From Candidatus Magasanikbacteria bacterium RIFCSPHIGHO2_01_FULL_41_23 (GTDB lineage Bacteria; Patescibacteriota; Patescibacteriia; Magasanikbacterales; UBA922), in assembly GCA_001782805.1 (NCBI GenBank), contig MFPT01000021.1:10546-74545 (forward strand): a stretch of DNA of 64,000 nucleotides. The letters run 5' to 3'. A program made the position numbers and the translations under genes. Shown here piece after piece: positions 9,404-17,733 of the stretch. Positions within the stretch are counted from its first letter, which is position 1; every line of letters starts with the position of its first letter. The notes under the pieces are model-generated. The model ran no database searches and had not been told where the DNA came from. It saw only the letters and a program-made list of their open reading frames with translations.

Positions 9404-10093
9404 ATGTCTGACGAAAAAATGAGAAAAAAAACCAAAAAACGGCCTTCATCACAGGCTCATTTGCCCATCGCGGAAATCAAAGACAGCGTGGTGATTTTAA
9501 AAGACGGCACATTGCGCGCGGTTATTTTGGTTTCCAGTTTGAATTTTGCTCTAAAATCCGAAGATGAACAAAATGCGATTATTTCCGCGTACGTTGGTTT
9601 TCTTAATTCACTGGATTTTCCAATTCAAATTGTAGTCCAATCGCGCAAATTGCAAATCAAACCCTATTTGGAAAAATTGCAGGGGATTGAACGGACACAA
9701 ACCAATGAATTGTTGCGCATCCAAACCGCGGATTATCGCGCGTTTGTGGAAGAGTTGGTGGAGATCGGGCAGATTATGACCAAACGTTATTATGTCATTG
9801 TGCCCTATGATCCGCTGAATAATCGGCGCAAGAATTTTTGGGCACGATTTAAAGAAGCGCTTAAACCGGGAATTACCATTCGTTTGCGTGAAGAGCGATT
9901 TCAGACACGCAAAAGTGAAATTGATTTGCGTTTGCGTCACATTATTGGCGGACTGTCCGGCATGGGACTCACCACAGTTCAGCTGGATACGCAATCTTTG
10001 ATTGAATTATATTATTCCACTTACAATCCGGATATCGCTTTTGCCGAAACATTGGGCACGATTGGCGATCTCCAAATTGAAGATATTTCATAA
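9404..10093 (+). CDS. VirB4/TraC-type ATPase, N-terminal domain (separate ORF; frame differs from the ATPase domain ORF)
   Basis: IKDSVVILKDGTLRAVILVSSLNF resembles the conserved N-terminal 'IxDGiixtkdGslxrvievepin' region of VirB4/TrbE/PrgJ. The stop at 10093 is followed 2 nt later by the ATG of the ATPase-domain ORF in another frame. Confidence 0.55.
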   Translation: MSDEKMRKKTKKRPSSQAHLPIAEIKDSVVILKDGTLRAVILVSSLNFALKSEDEQNAIISAYVGFLNSLDFPIQIVVQSRKLQIKPYLEKLQGIERTQTNELLRIQTADYRAFVEELVEIGQIMTKRYYVIVPYDPLNNRRKNFWARFKEALKPGITIRLREERFQTRKSEIDLRLRHIIGGLSGMGLTTVQLDTQSLIELYYSTYNPDIAFAETLGTIGDLQIEDIS

Positions 10094-10095
10094 GT

Positions 10096-11955
10096 ATGCC
10101 ATTTAAACCCATTGCCACCAATAAAAAAGGAATCAGTTCGGCAGCGCCGGACATTGAGAAAAAAAAACTGCAAAAAGAATTGATTACTTTGGAAGAAGAA
10201 CGGGTGTATCGCGAAGGCACGGTGGCCATTCGCGATTTGGTCGCGCCGTCCGCACTATCGGTTCAGTCCAATTTTGTGCAATTGGGCACGACTTTTTTGC
10301 GTACGATTTTTGTGATTACGTATCCGCGTTATATGTCAGTCGGCTGGAGTTCGCCGATTTTAAATTTAAATTTGACCATGGATTTGGCTATGTTTTTTTA
10401 TCCGGTCAATTCGGAAATTATTTTAAAACAGCTCAAGAAAAAAGTTGGCGCGCTGGAAGCGCAATTGTCCGGTGACGCGGAAAAAGGCGCGGCGCGTGAT
10501 CCGTTGCGCGAAACTGCTTTGCGCGATATTGAACAACTGCGCGATGATTTAACGCAAGGCGTGGAACATTTTTTTCAATTTGCTTTTTACGTTACGCTTT
10601 ACAGCCAAGACAAAAAAGAATTGGATAAAGTTACGGAAGACATTCAGAATATTTTTGGTTCCAAATTAATTTACAGCAAAAATGTTTTGTATCAGGCCGA
10701 ACAAGGTTTTACTTCAACGTTGCCGCTGGGGATTGATGAGTTGACGATTTCTTTTAACATGAATTCCTCGCCGATCGCGGCCTCGTTTCCGTTTATTTCC
10801 TCGGAATTAAGCAGTGATGATGGAATTTTGTATGGCATCAATCGCCATAATAACAGTTTAATTTTGTTTGATCGTTTTTCTTTGCAAAATGCCAATATGG
10901 TGGTTTTTGCCACTTCCGGAGCGGGAAAATCTTATGCTATTAAATTGGAAGTTTTGCGTAGTTTAATGATGGGAACTGACGTGATTGTGATTGATCCGGA
11001 AATGGAATATGAGCATTTGGCCGAGGCGGTTGGCGGAACTTATATCAGTATTTCTTTGGCTTCGGAAAGCAAAGTCAATCCGTTTGATTTGCCGCGTCCG
11101 GTTGGTCAGCAAATTTCCACCGAAGATATTATTCGCAGCGCAGTAATTACGATGAAAGGTTTGTTGCGGATTATGTTTGGCACACTGACGCCGCAGGAAG
11201 ATTCAATTTTGGATCGCGCGCTTTTGGAAACGTACGCGAAAAAAGACATTACAGCTACAGTTGATCTGACCACAGTCGAGCCGCCGATTATGCAGGATTT
11301 GCTGGATATTTTGGAAGGCATGACGGGCGCGGAAGTATTGGTTTTAAAATTGCGCAAATATACCGAAGGCACGTTTGCCGGATTATTCAATTCTCCGACC
11401 AATGTGAATGTGACCAATCAATTGGTTATTTTTAGCGTGCGTGATTTGGAAGATGAATTGCGGCCAATGGCGATTTATACGTTGGTGAATTATATTTGGA
11501 ATTTAGTTCGTTCCGAACAAAAACGGAGAATTTTGATTATTGATGAAGCGTGGTGGCTTATGAGTCACGAGGATTCGGCCAAATTCATTTACGCGCTCGT
11601 GAAGCGTTGTCGCAAATATTATTTGGGTGTGACGACCATTACCCAGGATGTGAATGATTTTTTACGTTCGCCATACGGACAGGCGATTGTAACCAATTCG
11701 GCTTTGCAACTTTTGCTCCGTCAATCACCCGCGGCCGTGGATATGATTCAACGCGTGTTTATGTTGACCGAAGGAGAAAAATATTTGCTTTTGGAAGGCG
11801 CGGTCGGTGAAGGCATATTTTTTGCCGGCAATAAACACGCGGCCATCAAAGTCGTGGCGTCTTATACCGAAGATCAACTCATCACGTCTGATCCCAAACA
11901 ATTATTGGAAATTGAAAAAGCCAAAAAAGAATTTGAAGAACAAATGGGAAAATAA
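10096..11955 (+). CDS. virB4: VirB4/TrbE/PrgJ-like T4SS ATPase, central and C-terminal ATPase domains
   Basis: Walker A VVFATSGAGKSYAIK and Walker B ILIIDEAWWLM. The architecture resembles VirB4/CagE/TraC. Together with the upstream ORF it gives ~848 aa, a typical VirB4 length. Confidence 0.75.
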   Translation: MPFKPIATNKKGISSAAPDIEKKKLQKELITLEEERVYREGTVAIRDLVAPSALSVQSNFVQLGTTFLRTIFVITYPRYMSVGWSSPILNLNLTMDLAMFFYPVNSEIILKQLKKKVGALEAQLSGDAEKGAARDPLRETALRDIEQLRDDLTQGVEHFFQFAFYVTLYSQDKKELDKVTEDIQNIFGSKLIYSKNVLYQAEQGFTSTLPLGIDELTISFNMNSSPIAASFPFISSELSSDDGILYGINRHNNSLILFDRFSLQNANMVVFATSGAGKSYAIKLEVLRSLMMGTDVIVIDPEMEYEHLAEAVGGTYISISLASESKVNPFDLPRPVGQQISTEDIIRSAVITMKGLLRIMFGTLTPQEDSILDRALLETYAKKDITATVDLTTVEPPIMQDLLDILEGMTGAEVLVLKLRKYTEGTFAGLFNSPTNVNVTNQLVIFSVRDLEDELRPMAIYTLVNYIWNLVRSEQKRRILIIDEAWWLMSHEDSAKFIYALVKRCRKYYLGVTTITQDVNDFLRSPYGQAIVTNSALQLLLRQSPAAVDMIQRVFMLTEGEKYLLLEGAVGEGIFFAGNKHAAIKVVASYTEDQLITSDPKQLLEIEKAKKEFEEQMGK

Positions 11956-11956
11956 T

Positions 11957-12150
11957 CCAATGCAACACCAAAACATCCACTATACCAATAAGCAAAATGG
12001 AGACGAATATACTTTTGCTGAAAGCTGAGTATATTGACTTGTTGAGAATGCATAATCCGTCAGACTATCAGTTGAACAAAAGGATATCGTTGAATTTTGC
12101 TTAAGACTTAGAATAAATAAAGTTTGATTAAGACTTAGAAAATGGAGTTT
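11957..12150 (+). repeat. Copy 1 of a ~200-nt dispersed intergenic repeat (second copy at 35643..35900)
   Basis: Near-identical blocks: AATGCAACACC..AATAAGCAAA.TGGAG.., GAAAGCTGAGTATA.TGACTTGTT.AGAATGCATAATCCGT.AGACTATCAGTTGAACAAAAGGATATCGT.GAATTTTG.TTAAGACTTAGAA..AATGGAGTTTG. There is an internal direct repeat TTAAGACTTAGAA. Confidence 0.7.
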
Positions 12151-12177
12151 GATTACGAGGGAATAAGATGCTATACT
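12149..12177 (+). promoter_or_regulatory. Putative sigma70-type promoter (TTGATT-17-TATACT) with the -10 only 8 nt from the ATG of the next gene (leaderless-like)
   Basis: Hexamers read directly from the sequence. Spacing 17 nt. ATG at 12186. Confidence 0.3.
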
Positions 12178-12185
12178 AAATACAT

Positions 12186-12788
12186 ATGATGACTCTCCGC
12201 AAACGCATTTTTATCATTAACATTATCGTTACGGCCATAATTTTGGCAATTTTTTTGTATTTGGTATATGGTCGCGAATCTGACACTAGTATAATAACTT
12301 CTGACAGCGAATCCGAAACATCGCCTACAGCGCCAAAAACCATTACCAATCAAGATAAAACCAACATAACAAAACCAGCCATCGCCAAACCGATTTTAGC
12401 TTTGCCGGCGTATTCCGAAGAATTATACGTCCGTCAACTAGCCAAAATTTTTGTGGAACGTTTTGCCAGTTATTCCACGCAAAATGATAATAATAATATC
12501 ACTGATTCACTTGATTTGGCGACAGTTAGTATGCAAACTTGGATGAAAACACAGCTAAAGCCGGGAAGTCGAGATTATGAAGGCGTGGTAACTCAAGTTC
12601 TGGCTTCTTCGGTTAAAGAAAAAACCGCTTCCAGCGCCACTGTTGACTTGCAAATTCAACAAAATTTTGAACAAAAAACCGCCACAGCCGTTGGCGCTAC
12701 GCAAAAAGAAATGCGTCAAAAAAAAGGAACGGTTAAATTGCTTAAAATTGGCGATCAATGGAAAATTGATGGTCTGTATTGGGAATAA
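12186..12788 (+). CDS. Hypothetical membrane-anchored protein (N-terminal TM helix; possible NTF2-like / VirB8-like periplasmic domain)
   Basis: 200-aa ORF. The N-terminus RKRIFIINIIVTAIILAIFLYLVY is a single TM helix. The remainder is soluble and ends in a beta-rich region. Size and topology resemble VirB8-type proteins, but there is no sequence-level proof. Confidence 0.45.
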   Translation: MMTLRKRIFIINIIVTAIILAIFLYLVYGRESDTSIITSDSESETSPTAPKTITNQDKTNITKPAIAKPILALPAYSEELYVRQLAKIFVERFASYSTQNDNNNITDSLDLATVSMQTWMKTQLKPGSRDYEGVVTQVLASSVKEKTASSATVDLQIQQNFEQKTATAVGATQKEMRQKKGTVKLLKIGDQWKIDGLYWE

Positions 12789-12804
12789 TAGTATGAAGGA
12801 GGGG

Positions 12805-13467
12805 ATGAAAAAACTAACTGATTTTTTACTGGATTGCGTATTTCCTTATTTTTGTTTACAATGCGGCGCATCTGATGTTTATTTTTGCTTTCTTTGTCGA
12901 CAAGCCGATTGGTTTAAAAATCCGACGGGAATTTTTGTGCATGGCAACGAGATTGATTCTTCCTTAACTCGAATCATCAGTTTGACTAAATATAATTCGG
13001 AAGTTGACGCGGCACGACTGATTGAGGATTTTAAATATGGTTTTATAAATCAGGCCAGTACGGAAATTAACGTCTGGCTAAAAAATACCGCGTGGTTAAA
13101 TAAAGAAATCGCAGATTGTGATTTAATAATTCCCGTGCCACTGCATCGCCGTCGTTTTGCCGAACGAGGATTTAATCAAGCGGAAATTATTGCCGGTTTT
13201 ATGAGTACGATTATACATCGTCCGATTGATTTTTTGTCTTTAATTCGTGCTAAATCAACCAAACAACAAGCCAAACTGGGTCGCGAAAAACGACTGAAGA
13301 ATGTGATTGACGCCTTTGTCTGCAAAAATAAAGAAAAAATTGTCGGCCAAAATATTTTGTTGGTTGACGATGTGTACACCACCGGCGCTACATTGGAGGA
13401 ATGCGCTAAAGTTTTATTGGCGACGGGCGCGAAAAATGTTTCCAGTTTTACTTTGGCTCACGGCTAA
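12805..13467 (+). CDS. comFC: ComF-family protein (ComFC-like phosphoribosyltransferase, competence-associated)
   Basis: N-terminal Cys-rich zinc-finger-like region (CLQCG..CFLCRQ). PRTase motif ILLVDDVYTTGATL near the C-terminus. GGAGG RBS 5 nt upstream of the ATG at 12805. The ORF track extends the frame upstream to 12643, which overlaps the previous gene. Confidence 0.7.
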   Translation: MKKLTDFLLDCVFPYFCLQCGASDVYFCFLCRQADWFKNPTGIFVHGNEIDSSLTRIISLTKYNSEVDAARLIEDFKYGFINQASTEINVWLKNTAWLNKEIADCDLIIPVPLHRRRFAERGFNQAEIIAGFMSTIIHRPIDFLSLIRAKSTKQQAKLGREKRLKNVIDAFVCKNKEKIVGQNILLVDDVYTTGATLEECAKVLLATGAKNVSSFTLAHG

Positions 13468-13485
13468 TAATTCCAGAAATAATAT

Positions 13486-14244
13486 TTAATTATATTGTGC
13501 CTCAACACTGCAATGTTTGCCATTGCCGATTATCACATGATCGATCAAATGAATTCCCATTATTTTGCCGGCGGCAATCAGTTGTTCGGTTATTTCTATA
13601 TCAGCCGCGCTGGGAGTAACAATTCCCGATGGATGATTGTGTACCAAAATTACAGCCGCGGCTCCGTATTCCACGGCTGGTTTAAATACTTCGCGCGGAT
13701 GGATCAAATTGGCATTGATTGTGCCAATCGATAAAACTTCATCATGAATTACGCGATAATGAGAATTTAAATAAATGCCGCGCAGATGTTCTTTGGGCAA
13801 GCGTTCCATATCGCGCGCATAATTAAATACATCTTTGGCTGTGCGCACCATTGTCAATCCGCTTTTATTTTTTTGGAAAAAGCGTCGACCAAGTTCACCA
13901 CATGCTACGATCTGCGCGGCTTTGTGAATGGGAATTTCCAAGTCTGTTGCCAGCGTGGCCGGATTGGTTTGGGCGGACAATGCTCGCTCGCCATATTCCT
14001 TGACTACGCGCGCTGACATCGCCAATACATCTTCTTTTGTAGAGCCGGTGTTAATAATTACTGCCAAAAGTTCTTGTACGGTCAAATTGCTTGGACCATA
14101 TTTGAGCAATTTTTCGCGCGGTTTGTCTTCGCTGGGCATGTCTTTGATGCGCAAAAAATACGTACGACCACTGGACAAAGCATCGGCTTCCAGCAAAATC
14201 AAACCGGTTTCGGGAATTGTATACGTATTCGTTTGAATATTCAT
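13486..14244 (-). CDS. radC: RadC-family (JAB/MPN domain) DNA repair protein
   Basis: HhH-type N-terminal region. JAMM-like motif VHNHPSG. C-terminus AADIEITEQL. Typical UPF0758/RadC architecture. Confidence 0.8.
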   Translation of the reverse strand: MNIQTNTYTIPETGLILLEADALSSGRTYFLRIKDMPSEDKPREKLLKYGPSNLTVQELLAVIINTGSTKEDVLAMSARVVKEYGERALSAQTNPATLATDLEIPIHKAAQIVACGELGRRFFQKNKSGLTMVRTAKDVFNYARDMERLPKEHLRGIYLNSHYRVIHDEVLSIGTINANLIHPREVFKPAVEYGAAAVILVHNHPSGIVTPSAADIEITEQLIAAGKIMGIHLIDHVIIGNGKHCSVEAQYN

Positions 14245-14378
14245 AAGGAAAAATTAAACATTACCAATGTAATCCTCAGTATCATATCACGAAAAAAAAT
14301 CTCCAGCAATGTGGTTTACCCTGAGCTTGTCGAAGGGAATTGTCCACATTTTTGGGGATAAATATCATTTTTCCATTA

Positions 14379-14408
14379 TTGACAAGAGTGATTTTTAATT
14401 ATAAAATA
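14379..14408 (+). promoter_or_regulatory. Putative sigma70-type promoter TTGACA-17-TAAAAT upstream of the 14417 ORF, in a divergent intergenic region with radC
   Basis: Perfect -35 TTGACA at 14379, 17-nt spacer, TAAAAT -10. ATG at 14417. Confidence 0.4.
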
Positions 14409-14416
14409 AAAATACT

Positions 14417-14722
14417 ATGAAACAAATTTGGGATAAATTAAAAGAACATGACAAGCGATTTGACCAGATTGATGGTCAAATTGATTTTTTGGCCATTAAA
14501 GTGTTGGAACATGACGATAGGTTGCAAAGAATTGAAGAAAATATGGCAACCAAAGCCGATTTGCGGACAATTTCCGATACTCTTGATAAATTAGTCGGAT
14601 TAGCCCTCAAAAAAGATCAGGAAGTAACTTTTTTGACCCATAGTGTAAAAGGGTTATGGAATAAATTTGAAGAGTATGATCTAGATATAAAGCAAATGAA
14701 ATTATTGTTAGAATTAGGTTAA
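14417..14722 (+). CDS. Hypothetical small coiled-coil protein
   Basis: 101-aa ORF with heptad-like charged/hydrophobic periodicity. No known motif. Confidence 0.4.
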   Translation: MKQIWDKLKEHDKRFDQIDGQIDFLAIKVLEHDDRLQRIEENMATKADLRTISDTLDKLVGLALKKDQEVTFLTHSVKGLWNKFEEYDLDIKQMKLLLELG

Positions 14723-14783
14723 GAGAAATAAAAAAATAATAGGTTAAATAAATTAACACCTTGGATGGTGTTAATTTTATGGC

Positions 14784-14873
14784 TGGCGGAGAGGGAGGGA
14801 TTCGAACCCTCGAGGGATTTGACTCCCTGCAGCTTTAGCAAAGCTGTACGATCGGCCACTCTGACACCTCTCC
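14784..14873 (-). tRNA. tRNA-Ser (anticodon GCU), class II long variable arm, CCA encoded
   Basis: The reverse complement folds as GGAGAGG..T-arm GGTTCGAATCC..CCTCTCC-G-CCA. Anticodon loop UUGCUAA. Long variable arm and G73 discriminator. Confidence 0.8.
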
Positions 14874-14930
14874 ATTTTTTATTTTTTTTGCTTGCTCTGA
14901 GCGATCCCGACATAGTCGGGAGAGTCGAAG

Positions 14931-15019
14931 GGCGGAGAGATAGAGATTCGAACTCTAGAGGCTCTTGCGAGCCCGGCAGTTTAGTAAACTGCTGCCTTAA
15001 ACCACTCGGCCATCTCTCC
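14931..15019 (-). tRNA. Class II (Ser-type) tRNA with atypical anticodon loop UUACUAA (apparent anticodon ACU); CCA not encoded
   Basis: GGAGAGA-U-GGCCGAGUGGUUUAAGGC-A-GCAGU-UUACUAA-ACUGC-long arm-UAGAG-UUCGAAU-CUCUA-UCUCUCC-G. The body closely parallels the adjacent tRNA-Ser(UGA). Its loop differs from the tRNA-Ser(GCU) loop only by A at position 34. Confidence 0.55.
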
Positions 15020-15094
15020 ATAAATTCTGATATTGTGGGCTTGCCCTGAGCGAGCGACTTGTGGTGAGCGGAGTCGAAACCAAGCGAGTCGAAG

Positions 15095-15183
15095 GGCGGA
15101 GAGAGTGAGATTCGAACTCACGGAGGACTTGCATCCTCAACAGTTTTCAAGACTGTCGCCTTAAACCACTCAGCCATCTCTCC
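15095..15183 (-). tRNA. tRNA-Ser (anticodon UGA), class II
   Basis: GGAGAGA-U-GGCUGAGUGGUUUAAGGC-G-ACAGU-CUUGAAA-ACUGU-long arm-GUGAG-UUCGAAU-CUCAC-UCUCUCC-G. Confidence 0.8.
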
Positions 15184-15282
15184 AGAACTTTATCCTATAA
15201 ACAGAAAAACTATAGCAAAATTAAGTATTTTTCGCAAGTGTATTGTGCCGTGATTTTTGCCATGATATACTCAAGTTGAACT

Positions 15283-15735
15283 ATGGCTCAACACATAAAA
15301 AAAAGTTATTTGCTTCCATTAGTTAAAAATTTTGTTGAACCTGATTATAGCTTGGCTCAAACCTGGCCATTTGGTGATGAACATTGGAGCACGGCGGAAA
15401 CCGAAGGTAAATTGGCAGTTGACGTAATTGAAACCGAAACATCCATCATTGTAATTACCACTATTGCCGGAGCCCGCTTGGAAGCAATCGAAGTTTTTGC
15501 CCACAATGATATAATTACTATTCGTGGTCGTCGTGATGCTCCTATTGCAGTCGAAGACGGAGTTGAATTTATTCATACTGAATGTTTTTGGGGACCGTTT
15601 TCCCGAACCATTGTTTTGCCCGCGGAAATTAAAGCCGAACAAGCGCGCGCTGAATATAAAAATGGCGTGTTGACAATTCGCATTCCCAAGCGTAAAGTTG
15701 ATACCAAGATTTCCGTAAAAATTATTGAGGAATAA
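15283..15735 (+). CDS. Hsp20 / alpha-crystallin family small heat-shock protein
   Basis: Alpha-crystallin domain pattern: KLAVDVIETETSIIVITTIAGARLEAIEVFAHNDIITIRGRR ... NGVLTIRIPK. Confidence 0.8.
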   Translation: MAQHIKKSYLLPLVKNFVEPDYSLAQTWPFGDEHWSTAETEGKLAVDVIETETSIIVITTIAGARLEAIEVFAHNDIITIRGRRDAPIAVEDGVEFIHTECFWGPFSRTIVLPAEIKAEQARAEYKNGVLTIRIPKRKVDTKISVKIIEE

Positions 15736-15769
15736 AGTGGGAGTTTTATGTGGCGAGAGTATAAAAATT

Positions 15770-17701
15770 ATGCGTGGATTTAGAATAATCTTGATAACAT
15801 CCACTTTTTTATTATTGGCCGGTCTGGGAACAGTGGCTAGTTTTGCTTTTTTTTATCAAGATAGAATTTTGCCTTCTCTCTCCATTGGATCGGTTGATGT
15901 CGGTGGTAAAACAGAATCGGAAGTGCGTCGCATTATTCAAGAACATTATAATAAAACGATTAAATCCGGAATTAATGTTTTGTATGACAAAGGTCAAGGC
16001 AATGAGGAAATAGTGGTTGTCGTACCAGTGCAGTTTGATCTTGACGCGGCCGCGCGCGCTGTGATGCGTTATGGAAAAGAGGGGAATTATTTAAATCGCG
16101 GTTTTCAGGTTATTTTAAGTTATTTCGGTCAAGCCAGCATCGTCTTGCCCGGCTTGTCAGTCACACAGACTGATATTGAGTCAGCCATTCGGACAAAACT
16201 CTCACCATTTGAACAACTCGCGCGCAATGCTGAATTGAAGATTACCAATCTTGATCCTTTAAAATATACTATTTCAGCCTCAAATCCCGGAGTGGTTTTT
16301 AATTATAATGAAATTGGTGCCGGAGTTTTGCGCAATTGGAAACAATTATTGCCGGCTCGTGTTCAACTTTCATCTCAAATTGATTATCCAAATCTGACAG
16401 AAATTGAAATCGCGAGTGTGGCTTCAAATATGGCGGTAATTTTTTCCACGCCAATCAACTTAACTTATTATGACGCGCACACGAAACGTTCATATCAATG
16501 GTCAATAAAGCGTCAGCAAATTGTCGATTGGATTAATCCTATCAAGAATGAAAATAATTTGATTCAATTGACTTTGGCAACTGATCCGTTGACAGCGTTT
16601 ATTTCGAGTACGATTAAAGCGGTCGTGGATGTGCCAGCTCTTGACGCGGTTTTCAAACTAAATACTTCCACCACAAAAGTCATTCAATTTGTCGGTGCTC
16701 GTCCAGGTGTCACTGTCGATGTTCCCGCTACACAGCGTGGCGTGGCCTTGCTTTTTAATAAACGTCAAAACGGAGAAACAGTCACTTCCACTCCGCTCAT
16801 AATTTCCAAAGTCGAGCCAAAAATAAAAACCGAAGACACAAATAATTTGGGAATTAAAGAAATTTTAGGCGTTGGTTTTTCCAATTTTTCCGGCAGTCCG
16901 AAGAATCGAATTTTAAATATCAAAAACGCGGTCATGAATAAATTGAATGGCACATTGGTTGCGCCCGACACTGAATTTTCATTGGTCAAGACATTAAGTC
17001 CATTTACGTTAGAAGCCGGATATTTACCTGAATTGGTTATTAAAGGCGATCGCATAACTCCGGAAATCGCTGGCGGACTGTGTCAAGTTGGCACGACGAT
17101 GTTTAGGAGTACGATGAATTCCGGTTTACCCGTTACTGCACGGACGAATCATGGTTTGGTGGTTTCTTACTATAATGATCCGGCCAATGGAAATCCGGGA
17201 ACAGACGCCACGATTTATGATCCATCGCCTGATTTTCGTTTCAAAAATGATACTGGCCGCCATCTTTTGATTACCACTGACATGAAAACTAAAACCGGTG
17301 AACTGACATTTACGATTTGGGGGACAAATGATGGTCGGAAAGGCTATTATACGCCGCCAAAAGTTTTGTCTCGGATTCCGGCGCCTGAGTTTCAAACTAT
17401 TGAAACCGATGATTTGCCTCCGGGTAAAAAAGAATGTCAAAGCGTTCATCCCGGAGCAGTTGCTACGTTTAATTATATTCGTGAATTGGCCAGTGGTGAA
17501 CGTGAAGTTCGTGAATTTAAAAGCGTGTATCGCGCTGTTTCGGCTCGCTGTTTTGTAGGGAAAGATCCCAATAAACCAACTTGTCCTGAAGGCGAACCAA
17601 ATTGCGCACCTCCCCCGACAATCGGGGAACAAACTTCGCCAACGGTTGACACTGAAAAACCACTGGCCGATGTTTCTCCTCCAATCCCAATTGCTGAATA
17701 A
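15770..17701 (+). CDS. VanW-family protein (membrane-anchored, C-terminal VanW domain)
   Basis: N-terminal TM helix. C-terminal GGLCQVGTTMFRSTMNSGLPVTARTNHG matches the VanW core. An in-frame GTG at 15737 with an upstream GAGGA is an alternative start. Confidence 0.7.
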   Translation: MRGFRIILITSTFLLLAGLGTVASFAFFYQDRILPSLSIGSVDVGGKTESEVRRIIQEHYNKTIKSGINVLYDKGQGNEEIVVVVPVQFDLDAAARAVMRYGKEGNYLNRGFQVILSYFGQASIVLPGLSVTQTDIESAIRTKLSPFEQLARNAELKITNLDPLKYTISASNPGVVFNYNEIGAGVLRNWKQLLPARVQLSSQIDYPNLTEIEIASVASNMAVIFSTPINLTYYDAHTKRSYQWSIKRQQIVDWINPIKNENNLIQLTLATDPLTAFISSTIKAVVDVPALDAVFKLNTSTTKVIQFVGARPGVTVDVPATQRGVALLFNKRQNGETVTSTPLIISKVEPKIKTEDTNNLGIKEILGVGFSNFSGSPKNRILNIKNAVMNKLNGTLVAPDTEFSLVKTLSPFTLEAGYLPELVIKGDRITPEIAGGLCQVGTTMFRSTMNSGLPVTARTNHGLVVSYYNDPANGNPGTDATIYDPSPDFRFKNDTGRHLLITTDMKTKTGELTFTIWGTNDGRKGYYTPPKVLSRIPAPEFQTIETDDLPPGKKECQSVHPGAVATFNYIRELASGEREVREFKSVYRAVSARCFVGKDPNKPTCPEGEPNCAPPPTIGEQTSPTVDTEKPLADVSPPIPIAE

Positions 17702-17733
17702 ATTTTTCTTCTTAACTTAAAAAATTTAGGTAT

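Noticed and set aside
12643-12804. Upstream extension of the comFC ORF to 12643, overlapping gene 12186..12788 by ~145 nt
   Set aside because: The ATG at 12805 has a GGAGG RBS and follows the upstream stop. The extension encodes a K-rich low-complexity peptide. This is most likely an ORF-caller artefact.
14074-14361. 95-aa plus-strand ORF containing ..YPELVEGNCPHF..
   Set aside because: Mostly antisense to radC. Its 3' end is a translation of the intergenic dispersed repeat GTTTACCCTGAGCTTGTCGAAGGG.
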